Of a stretch of 64,000 bases of DNA, positions 1-12,583 are shown one piece after another; the stretch's first letter is position 1, and each line of letters starts with the position of its first letter. The notes beneath the pieces were generated by a model. That model did no database searches. It saw nothing but the letters and a program-made list of their open reading frames with translations, and had not been told where the DNA came from. The stretch is taken from NCBI GenBank assembly GCA_002269645.1, contig NIVC01001637.1, positions 62,001-126,000 of the forward strand. The letters run 5' to 3'. The translations under genes were made by a program, and so were the position numbers. Source of the DNA: Macrostomum lignano (Eukaryota).

Positions 1-3000
1 CTCGACTGCCTGGTTGAGATTGTCTGCCAGCTCGACCGCGAGTTCCAGCACACTTTGGGATCGAATTGCGTCGAACAGCCTAGCGGAACCAGCGCCGCTA
101 GAGCGCCAATTCACGAGCAACTCCTTCTATACTACTGTCAGCGACTGGCTGCTCCTCAATTCCGATTGCCTGCTTACGTGTTGGCTGCTTTTCACAGCTC
201 GCTGGCTAAGGCCGATTGGCGTCAGTTGCTACCCGGATTGCCAGCTATGCAGGTGATTGCGGATTTCTATCGCACCGCTGTGTCCGCGTCTCAGCAGTTT
301 CTGGCAGGCATTGTCAGCGAGATTGATTGGTCTAGCGAAGCGCTGACTGATCATCGGCAGATGCTATTCCACCTGGTGCTGTGTATGACCACTTCGCAGG
401 TGAGAACTTTATTGAGAATCTGGGATCTGGTCATTGAGGATTCTGGAATCTGGTCATTGAGGATTCTGGGATCTGGTCATTGAGGATTCTGGGATCTGGT
501 CATTGAGGATTCTGGGATCTGGTCATTGAGGATTCTGGGATCTGGTCATTGAGGATTCTGGGATATCGTCATTGAGGATTCTGGGATCTGGTCATTGAGG
601 ATTCTGGGATTTGGTTATGGAGGATTCTGGGATCTGGTCATTGATGATTCTGGAATCTGGTCATTGAGGATTCTGGGATCTGGTCATTGAGGATTCTGGG
701 ATCTGGTCATTAAGGATTCTGGGATCTGGTCATTGAGGATTCTGGGATCTGGTCATTGAGGATTCTGGGATCTGGTCATTGAGGATTCTGGGATCTGGTC
801 ATTGAGGATTCTGGGATCTGGTCATTGAGGATTCTGGGATCTGGTAATTGAGGATTCTGGGATCTGGTCATTGAGGATTCTGGGATCTGGTCATTGAGGA
901 TTCTGGGATCTGGTAATTGAGGATTCTGGGATCTGGTCATTGAGGATTCTGGGATCTGGTCATTGAGGATTCTGGGATCTGGTCATTGAGGATTCTGGGA
1001 TCTGGTCATTGGGGATTCTGGAATCTGGTCATTGAGGATTCTGGGATCTGGTCATTGCGGATTCTGGGATATGGTCATGGAGGACTCTGGGATCTACTGG
1101 ATGTGTTCATTGAGACCTGGCTATTAAGATTCTATTTGGGGATCACTGGGCTATAGAAGTCCCATTTTGGTATCGTTAGCCTATTGAAATCCCATTTGGG
1201 AATCACTGGGCTATTGGAATCTCATTTGGGAATCACTGGACTATTGAAATCCCATTTGGGGATCACTGGGCTATTGGAATCCCATTTGGGAATCATTGGG
1301 CTATTGAAATCCCATTTGGGGATCACTGGGCTATTGGAATCCCATTTGGGAATCACTGGACTATTGAAATCCCATTTGGGGATCACTGGGCTATTGAAAT
1401 CCCATTTGGGAATCATTGGGCTATTGGAATCCCCTTTGACATGGCATCCTATCCTATTTTCCCCAGGAGATTATCCGAATGCCCGAGTTCGCTCGCCTCT
1501 TGGACACCAGCGCTCGCCTAAATTGGCACTGTGTTCGATCCGACACCTACGAGTCCATGACAACCTGGCTAGCAACCAAATGGGATCCGATGTGCATGCT
1601 AAGGGAGCGAACTTCGGCCGCCTATTTAGCCGTGGCTTTCCTGCAGAAGTCGGCAGAGTTTTCGGCTCCACTGCAGCCAGACGATCGTAGCGGACTGATT
1701 AAGCAGTGCCTGTGCACCCGTATGTGCATTCAGCTGCTGTGCCAGTGCCTCTCTGCTGGGCAGACTGCTCTGTCCAAGGAGGAATTGGCTAGCAAATTTG
1801 CTACTGCCGTTAGCAACCTGCTCACTGAGGTTGAGTCCTGTCTGGTCTATGGTGAGTGCGAGTTTCTGGGTGTGCATTTCATTAGGAAGTAGGATAAGAG
1901 TAGTTTCGGCCATAGACTATAGAGCTGTACACAGTTAGGATAAAATTAGCTTAGGCCATAGACTATCGATGTACATAGTTAGGGTATAATGGGTTTTGAC
2001 CATAGACTATATATGTACACAGGATTGAATGGGCTTTGGCAATAGACTATAGATGTACACAGTTAGGATTGGGTGGCCTTAGGCCATAGACTATAGATGT
2101 ACATAGTTATGATTGAATGGGCTTTGACCATAGACTATAGATGTACACAGTTAGGATGAAATTAGCTTACGCCATGCACACAATAAAATAGGCTTCGGCC
2201 ATAGACTATAGATGTACACAGTTAGGATTGAATGGGCTTAGGCCATAGACATAGATGTACACAGTTAGGATTGAATTGGCTTAGGCCATAGACTATAGAT
2301 TTACACAGTTAGGATTGAATGGGCTTATGCCATAGACTATAGATGTACACAGTTAGGATTGAAATGGCTTTGGCCATAGACTATAGATGTACACAGGATA
2401 AAATGGGCTTTGGCCATAGACTATTCTTATACACAGTAAAATGAGCGGGACTACAAGACTTTTGTGACTTTCAACCATAGACTACGCAAGAACCTTCGTG
2501 TTGAACAACACTGCCTTCCCTCCCCTAAATCAGCTGCGCTACCAGACGACCAAAAGTTCGCTCACGGCTGCGCCCTCTGCCAGGAGGTGCTGAACCTGTT
2601 GCGAAATAACAGCCCAGCTGTGCAACGGGTCTGTCTATCCAGCCTGCAGGACTGGTGCGAGAACAGCGGCTCCGGCCCGCTGGTCCTGCCGCTTATTCGA
2701 TGCCTCACAGCAGCCCCTGCCAACACTGCGTCCACTGTGCGACTGCTCGAGACTCTCATGACCGCCTTTGTGGTTGCTATTGGTGAGCGATGGGAGCTTG
2801 CTATAGGGGCTTTGAGAGTTCTCACCATAGACACTGCTCAGTGATTGATGAGTTCTCACACCAGAGACACTGCTCAGTGATTGATGAGTTCTCACACTGC
2901 TCAGTGATTGATGAGTTCTCACACTGCTCAGTGATTGATGAGTTCTCACACTGCTCAGTGATTGATGAGTTCTCTCTCCTTCCCTCTCTGTGCAGCCTCC

Positions 3001-3448
3001 AACGAGTCAACGCCCCAGTCGGTGCTGTCCCACCTGTTAGCAGTGTTCCAGCTGCCCAGCAGCACTTTGGAACCGTTTCTGTCCGAGTGCGTCACAGCGG
3101 AGAGCCTGCTCACTCTGCTGCTCTGTCTGCATATCCAGCTCGGTCTGTCCTCGGTAGCCAATCAGCGTAGAGCTCTGCTAGCCAGATGCTGCGATTGGCT
3201 GCGCTCGGTGAAGGTCAGCGTGGACGGTGAGGTTCGGTACCTGGCCCTGCTAGATCGCTGCTTTGATGCACTGGTTATGCACTTGACTCCTGAGGATGAT
3301 CAGTGGCTGAATAGGCAGCTGCACCAGCTGCTGCCCTGTCTGCTCACCCTGTCGGAGGATAAATCTTCGGCTGGGTTTCTGGGAGCTATCGGACTGGGAC
3401 GGCGCTCAGCGATGTCTGCTGAGTGAGTGATGATGGGTCTGTGGATGG

Positions 3449-3484
<36 letters not shown>

Positions 3485-3489
3485 CAGAC

Positions 3490-3553
<64 letters not shown>

Positions 3554-4191
3554 GGATAGATAGATAGATAGATAGATGGATGTCTGCTAGTCTAGAGATA
3601 GACTAGCAGATAAATCGTTAGATAGATCTAGTACTCGTAGATAGACTGGCAGCTAAATCGGCAGATAGATCTAGTAGATGGACTGGCAGATAGACAGGTA
3701 GATAGACTGGCAGATAGACTGGCAGATAGACAGGTAGATAGACTGGTAGATAGACTGGCAGATAGACTGGTAGATAGATTGGCAGATATACTGGTAGATA
3801 GACTGGTAGATAGACTGGTAGATAGATTTCTACCCTCTACTCTGTCCGACCCCATCGCAGGTTCCGCTTCACGGCCAGAGCCGCGGCCAGCCTGGTGCAG
3901 GTGAAGCTGGACGGCTGGCAGGGCGCCCGCACTCAGCAGGTGGTCGCCGGCCTGCGCGCCGCTCGCGCCAACCGCGCCTACACTGGCGCCATCAGCGAGG
4001 CCACCATCGACCAGGTGCTGGCATTCGTGGACACGTTCGGTTCGCCAGGCGCAGCCAGACCGAGGCTCGCCGACATCTGTCGAGTTTTACGATTTACGAC
4101 GCATCGAGCTTATCCCAGTAGCGGCCTGCCCGCTTGCAAATGCCTGCTGCCTACGGAGAGCGAACTTCTGCCGCTGGGTGGCGCCAACTGA
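1..4191 (+). CDS. EPG5: EPG5 (ectopic P-granules autophagy protein 5) homolog, last five coding exons; gene starts upstream of window
   Basis: Exons 1-399, 1467-1851, 2534-2782, 2996-3422, 3861-4191 join through GT-AG introns with consistent phases (0,1,1,2) and no stops. The peptide [38 protein letters not shown] matches the EPG5 C-terminal motif [35 protein letters not shown] as recalled; [12 protein letters not shown]...IVSEIDW resembles WKDLHPDQMLM...VLCEVNW. Confidence 0.85.
412..1095. repeat. 23-bp minisatellite (GGATCTGGTCATTGAGGATTCTG) in EPG5 intron
   Basis: Direct tandem periodicity of 23. Confidence 0.95.
1135..1435. repeat. 30-bp minisatellite (CCCATTTGGGAATCACTGGGCTATTGAAAT)
   Basis: Tandem periodicity of 30; explains spurious ORFs 1184-1690 and 1222-1416. 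Confidence 0.95.
1905..2425. repeat. ~44-bp minisatellite (GCCATAGACTATAGATGTACACAGTTAGGATTGAATGGGCTTA...)
   Basis: About 12 degenerate tandem copies in an EPG5 intron. Confidence 0.9.
2815..2972. repeat. 27-bp minisatellite (CTGCTCAGTGATTGATGAGTTCTCACA)
   Basis: Tandem copies filling the short EPG5 intron. Confidence 0.9.
3449..3830. repeat. (GATA)n microsatellite grading into a 12-bp GATAGACTGGYA derivative
   Basis: Direct sequence. Confidence 0.9.
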
Positions 4192-4317
4192 GAACTGATT
4201 GAAACTGCTGGTTCTGGAATTTCTTCATTCGTGTGTTTATTATTCAGTGTTTATGACTATAGCTGGGTCGATTGAACTATATGTGGGAATTTAACCTAGG
4301 GAGATCATCTTTATTAG

Positions 4318-5915
4318 GCTACCTGAGAGATAATCTCCTTTAAGCTACCTGAGAGATAATCCCCTTTAAGCTACCTGAGAGATAATCCCCTATAAGCTAC
4401 CTGAGAGATAATCCCCTATAAGCTACCTGAAAGATAATCCCCTATAAGCTACCTGAGAGATAATCCTCTATAAGCTACCTGAGAGATAATCCCCTATAAG
4501 CTACCTGATAGATAATCCCCTATAAGCTACCTGAGAGATAATCCCCTATAAGCTACCTGAGAGATAATCCCCTATAAGCTACCTGAGAGATAATCCCCTA
4601 TAAGCTACCTGAGAGATAATCTCCTTTAAGCAACCTGAGAGATAATCCCCTATAAGCTACCTGAGAGATAATCCCCTATAAGCTACCTGAGAGATAATCT
4701 CCTTTAAGCAACCTGAGAGATAATCCCCTATAAGCTACCTGAGAGATAATCCCCTTTAAGCTACCTGATAGATAATCCCCTTTAAGCAACCTGAGAGATA
4801 ATCCCCTATAAGCTACCTGAGAGATAATCCCCTTTAAGCTACCTGATAGATAATCCCCTTTAAGCTATCTGAGAGATAATCCCCTATAAGCTACCTGAGA
4901 GATAATCCCCTTTAAGCTATCTGAGAGATAATCCCCTATAAGCTACCTGAGAGATAATCCCCTATAAGCTACCTGAGATAATCCCTATAAGCTACCTGAG
5001 AGATAATCCCCTATAAGCTACCTGAGAGATAATCCCCTATAAGCTACCTGAGAGATAATCCCCTATAAGCTACCTGAGAGTTAATCCCCTATAAGCTACC
5101 TGAGAGATAATCCCCTATAAGCTACCTGAGAGATAATCCCCTATAAGCTACCTGAGAGATAATCCTCTATAAGCTACCTGAGAGATAATCCTCTATGAGC
5201 TATTTGAGAGATAATCCCCTATAAGCTATCTGAGAGATAATCTTCTATAAGCTACCTGAGAGATAATCCCCTATAAGCTACCTAAGAGATAATCCCCTAT
5301 AAGCTACCTGAGAGTTAATCCCCTTTAAGCTACCTGAGAGATAATCCCCTATAAGCTACCTAAGAGATAATCCCCTATAAGCTACCTGAGAGATAATCCC
5401 CTATAAGCTACCTGAGAGATAATCCCCTTTAAGCTACCTGAGAGATAATCCTCTATAAGCTACCTGAGAGATAATTCTCTATAAGCTACCTAAGAGATAA
5501 TCCTCTATAAGCTACCTGAGATAATCCCCTATAAGCTACCTGAGAGTTAATCCCCTATAGGCTACCTGAGAGATAATCCCCTTTAAGCTACCTGAGAGAT
5601 AATCCCCTATAAGCTTCCTGAGAGATAATCCCCTTTAAGCTACCTGAGAGATAATCCCCTTTAAGCTACCTGAAAGATAATCCCCTATAAGCTACCTGAG
5701 AGATAATCCCCTATAAGCTACCTGAGAGATAATCCCCTTTAAGCTACCTGAGAGATAATCCTCTATAAGCTACCTGAGAGATAATCCCCTATAAGCAACC
5801 TGAGAGATAATCCCCTATAAGCAACCTGAGAGATGATCCCCTTTAAGCTACCTGAGAGATAATCCCCTATTAGCTACCTGAGAGATGATCCCCTATAAGC
5901 TACCTAGGGGATAAT
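4318..5915. repeat. 26-bp minisatellite (TAAGCTACCTGAGAGATAATCCCCTA), about 60 copies
   Basis: Tandem periodicity of 26, head-to-tail with no spacers. Confidence 0.97.
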
Positions 5916-6757
5916 CTCTAAGCTACGTGAGGTGATCAGTGCTAAAAAAACGCGTCATTCCAAATGTTCTCGTATTTTCGCAACCTCTACTAACAGTAGT
6001 TTCAATGCGTATTTTCAGATTGATTCTCCTGCGTGTAAATAAAATGCCAATAAATACATTATTAGTATTGCATGCGCAGTGTGTATCAATAATGTATTTT
6101 ACTTGACTCCCAGTAATTATTGATTTTACAATCGATTGTACATCATTCATTAATAATAATTCACCTCCTGCTTTCTCTGCGTTGGTCTTTCTTGTAATTA
6201 AACAAACCAAAAACAAAGGAAAATTATATGAAAATTGAAAACTTCATTTTTTGTCACAATTTGATTCTCACTTGGGTTTGCATCTGAGTTTGTTTGATCA
6301 TAAAAAATGTTGCTATTTTCTTAAACAGATTATTTTTGGTACTTTTAACCCTAAATTACGAGCAACCAATTCATTCTAGCATGCGTATTATTTATTAATT
6401 ATTTAATTGTTTAATTGTGTTTCATTTTCAGTTGGAATCTTAACTCGAATTTCTTCATCACGTAGGGTTCAATTTTTCTTTTGTCCTGGCCTGCGTTTTT
6501 TGAGGAACCTTGAAGATTTTATAATATATAATTACGGTAATAAAACTGTTAACAACAGTAATTATGCGTTTGTTTATCCAGATTTTAAAAAAATTGGCTT
6601 CCGCTTAATAAAGTGCATGCTGTACTTGGTGTTGACTTTGGTGTTCGTTTAGTTGTTTTAAATAAACATCTTAGGCCAGACTGAATTTTTCTACATGTCT
6701 ACATGTCTACATGTCTAAATCTACATGTACATGTGTAATTGAGACCAAGAGAATATT

Positions 6758-7400
6758 TAAACTGATGGCGCCAAACTCAAACTGATGGCGCCAAACTCAA
6801 ACTGATGGTGCTAAACTCAAACTGATGGCGCCAAACTCCATATACTCGTAGTAGCGCCAGAAACTCAATATATTGGCGCCAAACTGAAACTGATGGTGCC
6901 AAACTCAAACTGATGGCGCCAAACTGAAACTGATGGCGCCAAACTCAAACTGATGGCGCCAAACTGAAGCTGATGGCGCCAAACTCAAACTGATGGTGCC
7001 AAACTGAAACTGATGGCGCCAAACTGAAACTGATGGCGCCAAACTCAAACTGATGGCGCCAAACTGAAACTGATGGCGCCAAACTAAAACTGATGGCGCC
7101 AAACTCAAACTGATGGCGCCAAACTCAAACTGATGGCGCTAGGCGCTAAACTCAATACAGTGGCGCCAAATTTAATACAGTGGCGCTAAACTCAATACAG
7201 TGGCGCCAAATTCAATACAGTGGCGCTAAACTCAATACAGTGGCGCCAAACTCAATACTACAGTTGCGCCAAACTCAATACAGTGGCGCCAAACTCAATA
7301 CAGTGGCGCTAAACTCAATACAGTAGCGCCAAACTCAATACAATGGCGCCAAACTCAAAACAGTAGCGCCAAACTCAAACTGATGGTGCCAAAAACTCAA
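6758..7400. repeat. 20-bp GGCGCC-core minisatellite (AAACTGATGGCGCCAAACTC, then AATACAGTGGCGCCAAACTC)
   Basis: Tandem periodicity of 20 with two unit variants. Confidence 0.92.
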
Positions 7401-8083
7401 TACAGCCCGACCGAAAATAATCGTTCTTTCAAAAACAGTAAAAAAAGTGTGTCAGTTGTGCCACAAATATGCCCTTTGACAGAGATGTAACTGTCTTTGT
7501 ACTTTTTGGCATACTTGTTGCTACAATTGTACCAATTGTGCCATAGCTATGCCATTTGGCACAGGAATTGTAAATGTCTTTGTGTGCCCTTTTTGGCACA
7601 CCTGGAGCAAATAACGTTTTTATTGCTAACGAAACTGTTTGACACACACCCGGTGCAACTTGCACGGAGGCTGGCAGGCGGTCATTAACAACATGATCTG
7701 TTCAGACGCTCTAAAATGGCACAACCGCGTTTGATTGACGCCATTGCAAAAAAATCGAACTAAAAGCAAATCAAGCAGCATATCTCGCTGTCCGTCTAGA
7801 TCAGCTCGTGGACCCAGCTGTCACAGTTGACGACATGAATCGACATCTCAGCCAATATGAAAGCGGTTGAAAAGGCCTACGTCCGGTGCTCCATCCAGGG
7901 ACAACTAAAACCCTCGGGACGCGAAACGAGCCAATTCATGGCAAAAAATCTGAGGGGCTCGCTTAAAAGTATTGTTCTATGGCTTTTTCAAGTCTTCTCT
8001 GCTATCAGGCAAATTAAGCTGCGGCCAGCAGTGAAGCTAAGCTGAACTATATCAAGAGAAGCATTTTTTATTCACTTGATGAA

Positions 8084-10956
8084 ATGCCAAGAAAGTGCAG
8101 CGTATTTCCGTGCTCGTCAAATTACAACTCTGAAGCCGTTCGAACACGGACATTTGCGTTTCCCAGAGATCCACAGGAGCGAGAGCGATGGAGAAAGGCG
8201 CTGCCAAATATTCTCCAGGTAAGAAACCAGATCATTTGCTGTCATTTCTGCTGCATAATTCCGCTTCAATTCTGCATGCCAGTCTCGTCCAAACAACTTG
8301 AAACCCAAAATTTATTATTTTAGAGAGTGACTGACAATATGGGCGTGTGCGAAAAGCATTGGCCAAGCGATGCTCCAATGGTCAAGAAAAACTCTACCGA
8401 AAGGCCAATTAATCCTCCTTCTGTTTTTAATGGAGTTCCTAGCTCGTGTTTTGTTCAGAACCAAGGTACGTAACTTAAAGATTGCTCAACACTTAGCGTC
8501 TATATCGATTTTGCCGCTCACAATTATCTTACTTTTATTTTTACCCTTATTTTAGACCAGGACCGACAGGCCGAAAAGCGCGGTGTTCTTTCTGACGCGA
8601 GGTGCGGCGACATCGATGAGATGGACGCTTTTCAGCTGCTTGATTTTTTGCCGGCATGGGAAAGTTTTCGAGCTGAGGTGAAAAATTCGGATGTCGTATC
8701 TCGACATGCACTGAACACAGCTATTCTGAACGAAGATGTTTACTTGTTTACGTTAGATAAAGATGGAGACCTGTCTGTTCGAATTTTTGTCTCACCCAAC
8801 TTTCTGATTCGTGCATTCAAACTGCATACACCGATTTCGGTTCGAGACTTGTTGGGATTTCAACCGACACTCAAGCGCTGGTCGCAACTGGATGCTGTTG
8901 TCGTGCGGTGCAAAAATTCCGACGCCAATCCCCAACGTGAAGTCGAAGCGTTTGTTAGTAGAATCAGTGATGATATAGATTCTGACTCTGATTTGGATCC
9001 GTCGCTTCAGTTTTTGATTCGACAACTTAGCCTTACATTAGTAAATCGGAACAATCGCCGCTATGACATTTTACTAGTGCGACAGTCAGCATTGCTCTAC
9101 TTGATCAGTAGTTCGGCTTACTCTTACCTACGGAAGCTATTGCCATTGCCTCATCCCGAACGCTGCAGCTGCAACTAGCAGGTACAGGAGAAGTTGGCAC
9201 AGAAACCGACGCAGCCGATGTGATCCAGTCAGTTTTTGCTAGTCTATCAGGAGCTCAGCGAAACTGCGTAATTATGTTTGACGAAATGTACATACAACCG
9301 TCCGTTCGATATCGATGCCGTCACCTTCTGGGTCGAGCCGTCGACGATCCGGACCAGGTTGCTAGGACAATTTTGGCTATAATGGTAAAGCCATTACTTG
9401 GTGGAAAACCGTTTGTAGTCCGACTATTGCCGACATACATTTTGTCTGCGGAGTTTCTGCGAAAATGCGTCAGCCAATGCATTAAAGCAATTAACAACAA
9501 CGGTGGCCGTGTCGTTGCTCTCGTCAGCGACAATCACCCTACCAACCGCAAGTGTTTTGCTTTATTTAGCGATGGAAGAGAGAAGCCATGGATTGGAACG
9601 GATGCTGCACAGGAGTCGGAATTCTTCATGCTTTTCGATTTCGTTCACATTATCAAATGCATTCGCAACAATTGGCAAATGGAAGCGAATGGAATTCTGA
9701 GAATTCAACCTCCTGGCGCTGACAGACAGATATCCGCTAAATGGTCAGACGTGGTACGCCTGTACCAAATGGAGAAAGACCACGTAGTCAAGCGCACATG
9801 TCTAACTCATGAGGCCTGTTATCCCACAAGCATTCAGAAAACTAAAGTCAGTCTCGCTCTCCAAGTTCTCGATGAAAGGGTTGCCGCTGCACTGAAGTGT
9901 GATGGATACTCAGACACTGCGGAATTTATCAAAACCATAGTGAGATTCTGGAAAATTGTCAATTGTAAAAATCCTGATCTACACGCACGACTACGGGATC
10001 CGGACAGGCGACCAGTCTATTCCGTTCAAGATGAAAGCATACAATTTCTTAGCGCGCTCGCGGATTCGTTTGATTCGACACATTGTGGAAAAGGCCGAGC
10101 TCGCCATCATTCATTGACGCCCGAGACCAAGTCAGCGCTAGTAAACTCACTGCGCGGAGCCTGTGAGATGTGTGAGGTTCTTTTGTCCGACCCACGAATC
10201 AGCTACGTTCTGCTGGCTGACTTTCACAGTGATCCACTTGAGGCTGAGTTTGGCGTGTATCGCCAAATGAGCGGCGGCAACTACTATGTATCTGTGGAGC
10301 AAGTGCTGCTCAGTGCTCGACTCCGACGAATGAAGTTATTCGCATCCCTTGAATTAGCAGACTACAAGCACGATCGGAGCAAATGTTGCAATGAACAGCT
10401 GAATGAAATTGAACTGGCGACCATTGATAATTGTGCTGCTAAATCAGAGGAGCTTTCCATTTCGGAGATGGCTTCGCTCTACTATATCGCAGGTAAGCTG
10501 GATATTAATTAAAATTTAATTCACAACGAGGTTTTACACAATCTCATAAAAACAATTGAAACCGTGCTTTATTGGAAATTGACAGGTTATACAGCGACTA
10601 AAGAAGGCATCAAAGGAACAGATTTGATATCAGAGACGAGCATTCCAGCCAGCGAATTCACTGAAGAGTTATCTTGCGGAAAGCTTTGTCATCCTCCACA
10701 ATGGCTGTTAGACTTATCCTGTCTCTGCTACAGCAGTTTTATTCTGCACTCTCCTACGTGCGCAACTCGCGTGCAGAAGCTGTTTTATGTTATTAAGGAC
10801 TTTTACTTTCCAACTAAGACACAGTTCAGCATGGACAGTGTGTCTCGTCGGCTAGCCAACGTTTTTTTCAAAGGACTAGTAAGACGCTCGTCAAAACTCC
10901 CACCAATACCGACGACATCCCATGATAGAAAGCTTCGGAAGTTAGATGCTCAGTAG
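8084..10956 (+). CDS. P-element (THAP9-like) transposase, 4 exons, about 861 aa if one frameshift is restored
   Basis: Exons 8084-8218, 8324-8465, 8556-10492, 10586-10956. THAP zinc finger CSVFPC...FP...W...CEKH...PSVF. RNase H-like motifs FDEMYI, VSDNHPTN, FDFVH and SDPLEAEFG, plus YYIAGY across the last intron. One missing base at about 9158-9160 (CCCGAACGCTG; GAA-ACG expected) shifts the frame. Confidence 0.9.
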
Positions 10957-11035
10957 GTGAAGTTCCAGCGTTTTCTTTATGTACGAGCTACTGACTGTTT
11001 GTGTCGTCTTGTCCTTGGAGTACCGTATTTGCTTC

Positions 11036-11140
11036 TATCTTCTTGCCGTTGGAGTTTCATCTTCGCTTTCATCCTTTATCTTCTTGCCGTTGGAGTTTCA
11101 TCTTCGCTTTCATCTTTTATCTTCTTGCCGTTGGAGTTTT
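11036..11140. repeat. 41-bp tandem repeat (about 2.6 copies) in the P1 3' region
   Basis: TCTTGCCGTTGGAG recurs at 11041, 11082 and 11123. Confidence 0.85.
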
Positions 11141-11196
11141 TTGTTGATATGGCGGTTACTTTATTGTAAATACATTGTAATTATATCACTGGTTCC

Positions 11197-12583
11197 CACA
11201 GAAGATAGACAGAATGGCCGATCAGCCCTCTCGCAGAAAAATCTGCCGCAAAAAGTATTTGCATATTTAGCTACTTTTGTGGTGAAGGAAGACAGTAGTC
11301 ACTTATACTTACTCGTATGCGGCTCGGAAAGGTTCTGCCATAGACGACTGAGACTGCGAGTAGCAGCAGCCGATGCCATAGAATATACAGTATATTCCGT
11401 GGCAGCGGCTGCTGCTATTGACATTAATAAGGCAGTGATTGGCAGCAACGAAGGCATTAACAGAGACAACTGTAACATTATGACAGCATCAAGAAGGCAA
11501 TGCGCTGCTTATGGCTGCCAGAATTACGCAAACAAATGTCCTGCACAAACGAGATTCCCAGCAAACCGTGAAAGGTATGTTCATGTACATGCGTGACTTG
11601 CCTGCTATTGCCACACAGTCATTCACTGAAACCTAACTACTGTAGGTGTGAAGATTGGGCTCGGCGCATTTTCCGATCAGACCTCTTGGGCAAGAAAAAC
11701 GAAGCGAGGTGGAAGAACGCTGTCGTGTGCAGCCACCATTTTCCCGACAGCATGTACGTGTGTCCTGACCAGAGACATGAGCCTGGGGTCAGACTGATGC
11801 CCACTGTGAGAACTGTCGCTGCGACCTCACTTCAGCCTCCGTGGAAGGCAAGACTTTTATTCACCTGAAAAGCTACGAAGAAGCCAGCCTAGTAGTGCCC
11901 AGTGATGCAGTGGTGGCGGCTGTTGCAGAAATGGAAGCGAGCTTTCAGGAAGCGCCGTCAGATAAATTCCACGAGCCGCGTGTTAGGGCCAGTGTTAGAG
12001 CTGCGTTTCTCAGTTCAGCTCGAAGTCTCATACGAACTCATTCTGATGAGCACAGCGAACGCTGTACTATTGGTTTAGCAACGCTGTACACCAATCTGAG
12101 ACTCCACCATTGGTGCAACAGTCAGCGAATTCTGGCGCAAAAGAGGAAAAGCGGAAGAGGGACTGCACTTGTACCAGTGCAGAGAAAGCTGAGGCGACTG
12201 AACGCTGATTGAGGAATTTAATTGATTGGGGAAAGTGTACAATGTAATCTGAACTGGAGCAGCGAATACAAATTGGAGTAAATTGGTGAATTGTATTGTT
12301 AATAATAATAATTAAAATGTTTCAAATATGTTATTTCTTTCAAATAAATGATTGGTGACAACGTCTACGGTTTTATTCCAATTTGGGCACTGCCAAACCT
12401 GTTATTTTTTAATTCTGAAGCAGTATCTAAGTTTATAGAATCATACGCAGAGTCTACATATATTATATATGCATATCGAATTTTCATAACTACTGCTCCG
12501 CTTCACCACAAAAGTAGTTTGTTTGCATATTAATTTCCAAATATCCCGCGACAGCCGATCGGGCATTCTGTCTATATTCTGTG
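11197..12583 (+). mobile_element. Non-autonomous, internally deleted P element (P2), 1387 bp, nested in P1
   Basis: 30-bp TIRs CACAGAAGATAGACAGAATGGCCGATCAGC versus CACAGAATATAGACAGAATGCCCGATCGGC (3 mismatches). 8-bp TSD CTGGTTCC at 11189-11196 and 12584-12591. Confidence 0.95.
11480..12212 (+). pseudogene. Deleted P transposase: intact spliced THAP domain (11480-11574 + 11646-11868, about 105 aa) fused out of frame to the transposase C-terminal tail
   Basis: MTASRRQCAAYGC...RFP...W...CSHHF...RLMPT is a THAP domain. From about 11800 another frame reads HCENCRCDL...FIHLKSY...LVVPS...LYTNLRLHH...RKLRRL, typical of P transposase C-termini. The catalytic core is absent. Confidence 0.8.

Noticed and set aside
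4318-5915. Regular 26-bp repeats as a CRISPR array
   Set aside because: Units are head-to-tail with no unique spacers, there are no cas genes, and the context is eukaryotic. The same applies to all other arrays.
11806-11835. 30-nt GT-AG mini-intron that might repair the P2 ORF
   Set aside because: It is too short and a multiple of 3, so it cannot correct the frame; the second frame already encodes a CxxC motif across it.
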